A stretch of 60,185 nt of DNA, the filler included, from Sphacelaria rigidula (lineage: Eukaryota): the NCBI GenBank assembly GCA_964200075.2. It is 4 parts of 4 records of this genome, joined end to end, with 100 filler letters (N's around TTAATTAATTAA, not from the genome) between each part and the next. Parts side by side here need not be neighbours in the genome. Positions count along the whole stretch, not along the records: positions 15,080 to 30,051 come from CAXNAA020001969.1; positions 30,152 to 45,120 come from CAXNAA020001970.1; 2 more parts are not named here. One strand, given 5' to 3'. A model generated the notes under the pieces. That model had not been told where the DNA came from, searched no databases, and saw nothing but the letters and a program-made list of their open reading frames with translations. A program made the translations under genes and the position numbers. The first letter of the stretch is position 1. Each line of letters opens with the position of its first letter. Positions 26,368-36,204 of the stretch are shown in pieces.

Positions 26368-26900
26368 CGTGAAACAAATCCGCAACATCTGGGCGAACTG
26401 CAGGTGAGGTCATCGCCGAAATATTCACCCGCAAACTCTGCTCCAGTGCATTGTAAGTTGATATCGCTAGAAGGACACTACCATAACCAATTTGCCGGCT
26501 GGCCAGACTGTCACAGACTGTCAGAACATAGAATCCGCTAGCATTGCTACTGTCTGTACGGGGATGTCACCCCCTTGTCGGGTACGTGGGGAAGGGTCCA
26601 TGGCAGAACGCAGTGGTCGCGTCAAGCAGCTGCATGCTGGGCGTCAAAATTCTCACTCAAAACTTCGATTTGGAGAATGGTTTTAGGTGAGCACAGCAGC
26701 AACTGCTGTGTGTCCAGGTGCTCCTTGGTGCAAGATACGTTTGATTTCTGTTCGACAAATGTTTCCCCCCCAAAACGGACTCAATAGGGGTTTTAGAGCG
26801 AAAAAATGTAGTAAAATACGAGTAGCAAAGATTGAGTCGCGGAAAACCGGTTAGTCTATTTTCTCACCAGGAGCAGACACCGAATTCACTCCGTGAAACT
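26368..26900. repeat. Repeat homologous to the interior of the Harbinger-like element (56100-56610)
   Basis: AATCCGCAA.AT.TGGGCGAACTGCAGG...GATATCGCTAGAAGGACACTACCATAACC...GGCAGAACGCAGTGGTCGC shared. Confidence 0.75.
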
Positions 26901-27536
26901 GGAATGATGTGTGTGCGCCGTCTCGTTACGTTGTCCCTGACTTGCCCATGTCAACATTGGTGAGCAATCGACCAGTGGTGCTGAAATGCGTATTCAGACC
27001 GCGTGCCTTTAGGATTGCATCGGAGTCTGGAACATCCCGGGACCGACGTGTCCGGAGGACCGCTCGGACCTGATTACAGCAGAGAGACCGCGCCCCGAGC
27101 GCACCGAAGTCGCACCTTAATCGACCGAGGGGTAGCGAAGCCAGGCGGGAAGCCTGGAAGGACACGAGGGCGAAGCAGTGTCCCCCGCAAAGGAGGATAG
27201 CAAGGACTTCAGAGCTACAAACTTCAGAAGTCAGACACGAGTGCCTCATGTCATTCTCGCAGGTGTATTGCGGTGTAGAAGAGTTGACACCAGCGGATTT
27301 GAGGGATGCGTCGGCGCCCTCCACATCATGACCGCACCGATGAACGAATGCCCGGTACCTATAGGTAATCTTTGCGAGAGTGGCTCCTAGACGAGTTACT
27401 GGTGTCTGAATTCACGCTTTGAAGTCCTTGCTTTCCTCGTTTTCTGGGCACACTGCGTCGCCGTTCTGTCGCCACCCTCGCGACATGTTGGTCCCGGGGT
27501 GTTCAACCATCGATACCGTCCTAAAAGCACGTTATC

Positions 27537-27965
27537 AACACGGGATTTTACAAGTTGTGGATGTCTTTTGGGGGGGGAAGGAAACCCGGAGGACTAAAAC
27601 CCTTGTATCCACACCAAATGTTCCAAGTATGCTCCTATTTTTTCACTTGATGGTAGCTATTGACAACTACTACACGACATACAAATTTGGATCTCAATTG
27701 CCGAAATGTCGGGGTCCTACGTGAGAAACCAATTTTGGCGTCTGATCGGACACCTGAAATCCTCCAAAAACGGTTCTTCACTTAGGACCCCAACATTTCG
27801 GTTATCGAAATCCAAATTTGTATGGTGTGTATAGTTGTCAATAGCTACCAGCAAGTGAAGAAAGGAAGCATACTCGGAAGATTTGGTGTGGATACGAAGA
27901 TTTTCAATTCTACGAGTTTTCATCCCCAAAAAAAGATCCATCCCCAGTTTGTAAAATCCCGTGTT
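27537..27965. mobile_element. AACACGGG fold-back MITE, copy 3
   Basis: AACACGGGATTTTACAA...TTGTAAAATCCCGTGTT; no clear TSD. Confidence 0.85.
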
Positions 27966-28506
27966 TTGTCTCAACACGCAATTACAGGTGCAATCTGCTG
28001 GTGATACACCTTGCCGCTGCGGGCGCTTGCGCTGGACACAAGTTCCGAAGCATGCCCGTGGCGAAAAGAAGATAATGGTACGGGCAGCATACTGACTTTT
28101 CTTTCTTCTTAACTTCTCTCGCTGCCATGCATGACGACAACTATACAAATATCTTCGGCGCAGTCTATCGAAGCATGACTTACAGAAGTCAGTGAGAAAC
28201 CAGAGACCTCATGATAATCCAGCCTTCAAAGATGAGAGAAAAAAAGCAAAATAACAGGATGCTTGAAACAATCTTACTCAAGATACACGTCGACCGCGCA
28301 ATGACAATCTACACACATGATTTGGCAGCCTCCGCCTCCCCAAACTATACTCACAATAAAAGGATTGTTCAATCGGAATTAGCAAAACGGATGTAAATCG
28401 CAAAGATTTGTACGACATTACGACCCGCGCAAAAGACACATATGTCGAAATAACACCATGTCCAACATCAGCCGGGAAACGAGCGTGCACGGATCATCTG
28501 ATCAAG

Positions 28507-30033
28507 CTATCTCCCTCGCAGGTGAGATAAGGCCGAAGGCACGCGACTAGAGGGGGCAGACACGTCCAACTCTAATTTCATGTCGATGTTCTCCCCTTCA
28601 GACATGATATCATCCCCCGCTGCCACATCAAATACCGGTTCCACCTGCACCGTCCTACGTAGCCGCTTCGTGTTCCTTCCACTTGCAATGCTGCTTCCGC
28701 AGCTCCGCACTCTGGTGCTGGTAGGGCCACCTTTCCTCATACTGTCCAAGCTGCTGGATTGCGCAGCGGCCAGTTTGCTGCCCGTTCTCACGCTCTCGGA
28801 AACAAGCGCAGGCGCAAGAGTCGCTTCAATTTTCGTCTTCGTGCGCGTCTCTGTCCCACCTGAAATGACCTCATCTGCCGCCGCTGCGCTTGCGGGCCAT
28901 CGCGAAGCAGCAGGCGGGGTGGTCGTAGATTTCGCACCCCGTCGGATAGCTCGGATGGCACGCGAGGTGTAAAAAGAACCAGCGGTGAGACCAGCACGGC
29001 TTGTGCTGCGAACGGCACCTGGCGGATGACTTGTGTCTTCACAATCTTCATCGATGCCGACCCCAGTCTTTCCCTCGATAAACTCGTCATATGGGCTATT
29101 TTCGTTTTGGTCATGTCCCACAGCATCAGACGGCATAACTAGGTCATATGCAACATGATGGCAGGTGTCCCCGTGCTCCTGCGCCCGGTTGGAATAACGC
29201 TGCGACGCGCATTCATTGCCGTTCACGGAGATCATCCCGCCGCAGGCATGTATGGCGCAGAACTCCGCCTTCTTGCCACCGATAGCACCAAACGATGCAC
29301 GCTTAGAGCAGCCCTGCTTGCCGCACATCTTCCTCACTACTTGGACCATGCCCGCCTGGGTGTGTGTGGCGCAGAACTCCGCCTTCTTGCCGGCGGCAGC
29401 ACCGAACGATGGATGTTCAGAGCAACCCTGCTTGCCGCACCGCTGGTTTTTTACATCCACCATGCCCGCCCGGGCGTGTGTGGCGCAGAACTCCGCCCTC
29501 TTACCACCAGCAGCACCGAACGATGGTTGTTTTGAGCAGCCCCGCTTGCCGCACATCTTCCTCACTACTTGGACCATGCCCGCCTGGGTGTGTGTGGCGC
29601 AGAACTCCGCCTTCTTGCCACCGGCAGCACCGAACGATGGTTGTTTAGAGCAACCCTGCTTGCCGCACCGCTGGTTTTTTACATCCACCATGCCCGCCCG
29701 GGCGTGTGTGGCGCAGAACTCCGCCCTCTTACCACCAGCAGCACCGAACGATGGTTGTTGAGAGCAGCCCTGCTTGCCGCACATCTTCCTCACTACTTGG
29801 ACCATGCCCGCCTGGGTGTGTGTGGCGCAGAACTCCGCCTTCTTGCCACCGGCAGCACTAAACGATGGATGTTCAGAGCAACCCTGCTTGCCGCACCGCT
29901 TGTTTTTCACATCCACCATGCCCACCCGGGCGTGTGTGGCGCAGAACTCCGCCTTCTTGCCACCGATAGCACCAAACGATGCACGCTTAGAGCAGCCCTG
30001 CTTGCCGCACATCTTCCTCACTACTTGGACCAT
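28507..30033 (-). CDS. EsV-1-7 cysteine-rich repeat protein (7 x 38-aa repeats plus low-complexity C-terminus); 5' end may extend into the gap
   Basis: Repeats C-x4-C-x4-SFG...AEFCATH...GMVDV match the EsV-1-7 motif of brown algae and phaeoviruses; 114/228-bp DNA periodicity; frame stays open up to the N-gap at 30052. Confidence 0.9.
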   Translation of the reverse strand: MVQVVRKMCGKQGCSKRASFGAIGGKKAEFCATHARVGMVDVKNKRCGKQGCSEHPSFSAAGGKKAEFCATHTQAGMVQVVRKMCGKQGCSQQPSFGAAGGKRAEFCATHARAGMVDVKNQRCGKQGCSKQPSFGAAGGKKAEFCATHTQAGMVQVVRKMCGKRGCSKQPSFGAAGGKRAEFCATHARAGMVDVKNQRCGKQGCSEHPSFGAAAGKKAEFCATHTQAGMVQVVRKMCGKQGCSKRASFGAIGGKKAEFCAIHACGGMISVNGNECASQRYSNRAQEHGDTCHHVAYDLVMPSDAVGHDQNENSPYDEFIEGKTGVGIDEDCEDTSHPPGAVRSTSRAGLTAGSFYTSRAIRAIRRGAKSTTTPPAASRWPASAAAADEVISGGTETRTKTKIEATLAPALVSESVRTGSKLAAAQSSSLDSMRKGGPTSTRVRSCGSSIASGRNTKRLRRTVQVEPVFDVAAGDDIMSEGENIDMKLELDVSAPSSRVPSALSHLRGR

Positions 30034-30462
30034 AGCTCGGAAGGGCGTCGTNNNNNNNNNNNNNNNNNNNNNNNNNNNNNNNNNNNNNNNNNNNNTTAAT
30101 TAATTAANNNNNNNNNNNNNNNNNNNNNNNNNNNNNNNNNNNNNNNNNNNNCGAGGAGCTTCCTCTCTGTCGTTGCTTCTCTCTCTGGTGATATCGTCAT
30201 CGACACGCGTGTACACCGCATTTCGTTGGGTGCACCTAGCCAGAGTTGCTTAAACCTTGGACCGCGGTGCCCGTAGTCCATCTCGACCGCGCGTGTGCTT
30301 TGTTCAAGTGAATATCGATGCCGATTCATCAGGTGACCTACTCTCGCGGTCTAACGGGTAACTCCTGCTGCGGAGGTTTGGGAAGGAAGATACTTTCGCT
30401 CTGTCTTACTCTTTCGTATCTTCCCTGCAATAGAGAATGGGACTTCAACCTCATTTTTTGTT

Positions 30463-32058
30463 TCAACCCCAAAAATTAGGATCGGCTGTTTCTCGATCAT
30501 TTTGCACCGGCTTCAAATTTTCGAGCTTTTCAGCTGAAATCTGGAACTGATATTGTGGCTTAGCAATTTGTAACTCAGGGTTTTCTGGGACTTTACGGCA
30601 TATCGGCGCAAGCAACGGCTTGATTTCTGCTTCCTGTCGCTTTTCAAACGCAAACAGCCATGAGAGAGTGTCCGGTATAACATGAAGTTTCCCCGGTTTA
30701 TGTTTGACCGTGAAATCATACGATTGCAATGCGATCGCCCATCGGGTCAACATATTACTTGTATCCTGCATCGCATATAAATATCGAAGAGCGGCATGGT
30801 CTGTTGCACACGTAAAGTGACGTCCCCAGAAAAAAGCTCTGAAATGTTGAATCGCTAGTACGACCGCGTAACATTCTTTCATGGTGGGTGAATAGCGGGC
30901 GTGGGCGTCGTTGAAACGTTGACTGAAGTATGCTACGATTACCTCGTCTTCGCCTTTCCTTTGGGAAACGGAAGCCCCGGCCCCACGGTCTGAAGCATCA
31001 ACGTTTATGATGAATTCTTTCGTGAAATCTGGAAAATGAAGGACGGGTGCCTCAGTCATCATTTTTTTAATTTTCTCGAAGGCTTCATCATGTTCAGTAT
31101 TCCAGAGTTTCGACACTTGTTTCGCCGCTCCTTTTTTTGTGAGATCTATCAGTGGTGCTATGGTTGTAGCCAAGTCTGGTATGAATTTCCGTACGAAATT
31201 TATTGTACCGAGTACTGATCTCAACTCTTTGATGTTGGTGGGTTTCGGCAAGTCGAGGATAGCTTTTATTCTTTCATCACTCACTCTGATGCCATCTGCG
31301 GACAGTACATGACCCAAATATTTGACTTGCTTTGGACCAAATTGGATTTTTGCCGGCTTTAGTGTAAGGCCTGCTGTTTGCAGTGCTTGGAACGTGCTTT
31401 CTAGTAGGGTGAGATGACTCTCCCAGCTTGATGAACAACAAATAATGTCCATATACACTAGTAAGCCACTCATAGGTCCGAAGTGTGCAAATGCTAGTGC
31501 CGTTATGCGTGAGAAGATAAAGGGTGAACACGCTAAAGCAAAAAATGGCAACCGGTTGAACACCTATTTCCCTCTTTGAGTTACAAACGCTGTTTTCTCT
31601 TTTTCGCTTTCCGCTACTGGTATCTGGTGGAACGCACTTTGTACATCGCAAACTGTTATGAATTTCGCCCCCGCTACTGTATCTATGTGACTTTCGATAG
31701 CTGGCATGGGCCATGATTTGCGAATCAAGTTTTTCTTTATCGCTGCTCGATAATCTACGCAAAATCGTGCTGTTCCGTCTGCTTTTGCGACTATTGTAAC
31801 CGCTGATCCCCAGGGGCTTGGGCGTTGTTCGACTATACCATCGTTTTCCATTTGGTCGACGCATTTGTCGATTGCGTCTTGCACTCTGGGGTTTGCTCTA
31901 TATGGTGCTCCGTCTACCGGCTGAGTCCCAGATTTGAGCGGAAAGCGTGCTTCGTCTAACGTACAACAGCCCAACTCCTGCGGATGAAGTGAAAACACAG
32001 AACGGTATTTTGCGCGAAGATCCAGTATTTGGGAGCATTGTTCCGGGGGAAAAGTCAT
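30463..32058 (-). pseudogene. Gypsy RT-RNase H
   Basis: SPWGSAVTIVAKADGTARFCVDYR, DVQSAFHQIP, VYMD(D deleted)II, YLGH, VDASDRGAG, TDHAAL, RWAIALQSYDF; in-frame stop at 31564. Confidence 0.9.
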
Positions 32059-32207
32059 ATTTTCGAAAGCTTTGCGTAAAGCTGGACGTTATTCCTCTTT
32101 CGCATTTCTTCTCTCTGACACCTTATTTCCCGCCATTGTACTGACTATAGCTGGTTTTGTTTCTCGTACTGGGGTGATATAGCCTAAAACCGTATTACGT
32201 TTCAGGT

Positions 32208-32906
32208 TCACATGTCGATTCTACGGATTTGCGATTTGTACCATTGCCGTCTTATTTGTTGCCGACCATACGATGATGCGCGTGAACGCTTGGGGTACAT
32301 CGCGGTTGATCGAATGCCTTCTTCGGTTATAATGCGTGGCTCTACGACGGCTGTTGTTGTTCTTGACGGGTTATTTTCCGTTTCTACTAATGCGGCCATC
32401 TCACTCTGCGGGGGCACGTTGCATTTCTTCGTGAGAATAACTGAAACAGCGTTAGAACAGGCCATACTGACTACAGAACAATGTGCCGTTCCGCGGTGTG
32501 TTGTATTTTGTGCAGGCCGTTGTTTTCGATGCGATGCTTTGATTTTTATACTAGAATCGCGGAATGTTAGCTCTTTCGCTTGCCAGTCGAGTATAGCTTG
32601 GAAAGCACTCATAACGGAATTGTCCAGTAAAAGGCGATCCGGTCCTAGATTAGGTAATACAAACGCTTCTACTGGCAGGGTTTTTATCCCTAACGTAAGT
32701 TCAAAACGTATGAAACCTAGAATTTTCATGGGAGAGCCGTCCGCACTCCTGAAGTCTATCGATCCTGGCGATACTGGCTTTATATCAGCTGCCATTATGG
32801 CCGGGTGTTCATCGATGAACTTTTTGCTGATACAGGGCACATCTGCTGCGGAATCAGTTGTGATTTTTTCAGCGGGGGAGCCGTTTACTCTGGCTGTGAC
32901 TCTCAC
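32208..32906 (-). pseudogene. Gypsy aspartic protease region
   Basis: ITTDSAADVPCIS (DSG-like), SADGSPMKILG, LLLDN. Confidence 0.75.
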
Positions 32907-33355
32907 ACGGGCTGATGCACAGGACAGTGCTAAAGGCGCAACTGTATATCTGGCAAGCGAAGATGCGTTGTAAGAGCCATAACAGGGATCATTTAGGATC
33001 GGGTTTGAAAACGAAGATCGGCGTTTCGACTTTTGTTTTTCTGCAATGAGTTACTCACAAAAGCCGCCTGCGGAGCTAAAAATATAAGTTGCGTCTGTTC
33101 TACGCATTCGCTATTTGTACTCTGCTCTCTGCTGCTATGCTCCTGCTCGTGCTCCTCCCGTGCATGGTTGACCTCTACCCGAGACCTCTTACGTGTTCTC
33201 TGTGGTTGGTCTGCCGTACTGTCAGAAAAATGAAACTCTCCCATCTTACGAGCCAGAGGGTTGACGATTTCGCGTCCTTCTGTTTCCCTCGATTTTATAC
33301 GTAAGGATTTACCGTTTCTGCCCTGATCAGACGAGGGGTCTTCTCTTGGGCGCCT

Positions 33356-35173
33356 TCACGGGTTGTACTTTTTTGCAAACTCTACATGGCTCTGCATATG
33401 GCGGCAATCCGCTGTCTCGTGTGTGTTCTTGTACCTGCATGGTGCGTACTCACAACGGACCGATTTCTTCGTTTTACCGCTCAGCTGCTTGTCGTTGGAT
33501 GTACTCTTATCGTTACTGTGTTTGAAGCGTACTTTTTTCAACTCTCCCCCTGATCTATTCGCGCTCTTGTCTCTGCTAGCAGACCGTTTCTGTGCTCTCC
33601 CTCTCTCTCCTTTGATCGCTTTTCATTGCGACTGAAGATCCGTAAGGATTGCGCCATGATCGGCTATCATTTCCGCTAGCTGTGGACGTAGGGAATTTAC
33701 AGTTGCGGCCGAGACATGGGGAGTGTCTCCAGTTTGGTTTGGCCATGTGCGGAGGTTGTTTTGTTCGTATTTTTTCGCTCGTGCTGTCGCAGTTTGGAAG
33801 TCGAGCGTACTATCTTCTCTCACCATTTCAACTCTGATATGGGGTTTGAGCCCGGTCTCAAATGCTGCTGTTGTGATCACGTCTATTATGAAGCGAAGCG
33901 TGTCGTGGCCAGGAAATTTCACCCGCACGGCCTCGGTCACGAATCTGTCCATCGAAGTCGTACACTCCAGTGCATAGTCGTTTACGTTCTGATCTTGTTT
34001 CTGTTTCAGATCGGCTATCGCACGGGCTAACAGGGCTAGTTGGTTTGGTGGAGAGAAGCGATGGGTGTAGGCCGCTACCCATTCTGTCCATGTTTTCGGG
34101 GCGATGGGTGCGGTATCTTCTCCTCTCGATTTGAGGTCTTGCAGTACAGCTAGTGGGCACCACTCTACTTTTCCGCTTCCGAGAGGGGTGTATAGTTTTT
34201 CTGCTGACCCTCTGAGGATAAGTGGTAAGTGTTTTATGGCGTGCCGTTGTACTGTGGGTTTTGTGCAATCGTCAGGGGCCTGAATCCTAAGTCGATTGAG
34301 AAACGCATCAAGAATTGCTGGCACATCCTCACTCCGTTTTCTTCCTAGGATTAACGTTGATGGAAGATCCGATTGTTTCATCGAAAAAAATGAGTTCTCA
34401 TGGTGCTACAATGGCTTGTAGATGGCGGAGTCAGCACTGAACTAGACAGAGGCTATATGTTGTGGCTGTTTTCTTGTACGTTAGTGACGTTACTGAGGCT
34501 TGCTGGCGGATCTAACGCCAACGTCTCTGAGTTCTCTGTGGATTGGATCGGCGTAGTGTTAGACAGTTCGATCTCGAAATTATCGACTGGATCATTGACA
34601 CTACCTGGGGTTCACTCGTGTTGTTTTGTGGCATCGTACTGTTACCTTGATGTCCTATTTCCGATGCTACTGGGTTGCTCGATTTCGATACCTGTAAAAC
34701 TCCCTGCTCTTGCGGTACCGAGAACCCCAAAGCTTGCATCACCCACGGAGCTGGCTCCGTACCTTCCCCGTCGCTCCTCTCCAACACCCTATATGCGAGC
34801 TCTGCTGCCTTTTCTTTGATGGTGAGTTGTGATGTAGGGGTTGGTGTAGAGGATGAGGATGGATTGGTGGGGTAGCGAAGCACATCAAACCTACCGGTGG
34901 ACACCTGACGGATATCGGTGCTCCGCTCAGAGTCATCAGAGTTGTCGCTGTCGCTTTCCCCCTCGTGGCTATACGGGGTTTGAGCGGGCAGGGTTGTGTC
35001 GGCCGGCGCAGGTACTACTGACTGTGCTGCGCCTCTAGACTCTGCCGCTTTCGCCGCCGAGGTGGAAGCTGATGGCGTGACGGCCGCGGTTGGATGCTGG
35101 AGGGTCTTCGCGGTGACCCTTCCCTGAGTAGTTGTTCTGGTGGGTTTTTTGTGCGCGGATTTCTTCCTCGGCA
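33356..35173 (-). pseudogene. Gypsy gag (frameshifted)
   Basis: TWTEWVAAYTHRF, LKQKQDQNVNDY, FETGLKPHIR; Cys/His cluster CEYAPCRYKNTHETADC. Confidence 0.7.
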
Positions 35174-35221
35174 TGGTGAAAGACGTGTGCCCTACTACTA
35201 GATGTCTTACTTGAGTTCTAT

Positions 35222-35234
35222 TCTGGTGTCGCCA
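35222..35234 (-). promoter_or_regulatory. tRNA primer-binding site of the Gypsy element
   Basis: TGGCGACACCAGA one base after LTR-type end TTACA on the - strand. Confidence 0.6.
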
Positions 35235-35714
35235 ATGTAAGGAGGACGTATCCAAGCGGGGACAGACTAAGGAAGAGGCTGTCCCAAGAGATGCCGTCCT
35301 GATGCCGAAGGAACACCGAAGCTGACGATGATTTCCTCTTGTGAGATGTGGACAAGAAGTGGGTCAGACACAGAGTGGTCGCTGGAGGCGACCAGTTCCT
35401 CGGGGGATGTTGGACCGTCCTGAATATTAGGCTCTTCCTGGCATTACCCCGAGTTGTCTAGTTTCGTTGGCATTACAGGGTCCTCGGGAATCTGGTCCAT
35501 TCGGACCGTTCCCACTTGTACCTGTTTGCTCTGGCTCTTTATACACGTGTGGTCTCAGTCTCTGATATGTCACTGCAAAGATGTATATTGCCGACAATAG
35601 CTCATGTACTGTATAGCTCGTACACAGAAAGTCAGCATATTGTCAGAATATGAAGAGTTGAGTACGAAGAGTCTAAGGTATCAACAGTTTGGATAAACAG
35701 TTTTACGGTGTTTT

Positions 35715-35835
35715 TATATCCCTTCTTTTCTTCAGAGCGTGTTTCAATTTCGTTTTTCATGGGTACGTCTATCATGAGACCACGGCTGGATCATGATCCC
35801 TGGGGGGTCAGTTCAAGTGCGACAATCAATCAATG
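35715..35835 (+). mobile_element. 3' end of (TCAA)n-tailed non-LTR family
   Basis: GGTACGTCTATCATGAGACCACGGCTGG...GGGGGTCAGTT.AAGTGCGACAATCAATCAAT. Confidence 0.75.
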
Positions 35836-36204
35836 AATCATATCATCCAATCATTGCCCAAGACTACTTTTCGAGAGGGTGACATAGCCTTACGCTATTA
35901 TTCTCCGAAGCGGCTCACCTCAAGTGAGCCTACCAGCTTATCATCAATATTCTGTGGAGTAGAGACTGATTGTGTTTGATTTAAGTACCGGCTGGATGAA
36001 GCGCCAAGTTGAAACATACTTTCCTCATCGCACAAGCAAGTGATTAACCAACACTGTGCAGCCTCTGCGAACTCTCTTGTCAGCTTGGTTCATGTGGTGA
36101 ACCGGTTGTTCCTGTCAGGTTTACAGTCGAGCGTTGTGAATTTTGTACACAAGCCACGACAGCCATATATATTCCGACATATTGATACGGCTGAATAGCA
36201 GTCT

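Larger units (their letters stand above)
30463..35690 (-). mobile_element. Ty3/Gypsy LTR retrotransposon (degenerate; integrase not seen before the gap)
   Basis: gag-PR-RT-RH order; LTR end ...TTACA followed by PBS TGGCGACACCAG; outer LTR boundary approximate. Confidence 0.85.

Noticed and set aside
23710-30033. Endogenous phaeovirus (tyrosine recombinase plus EsV-1-7)
   Set aside because: The recombinase belongs to an RT-RH-YR retroelement, and no NCLDV core genes are visible.
29155-30103. + strand repeat ORFs and a CRISPR-like regular array
   Set aside because: Antisense shadows of the EsV-1-7 coding repeats; no unique spacers and no cas genes.
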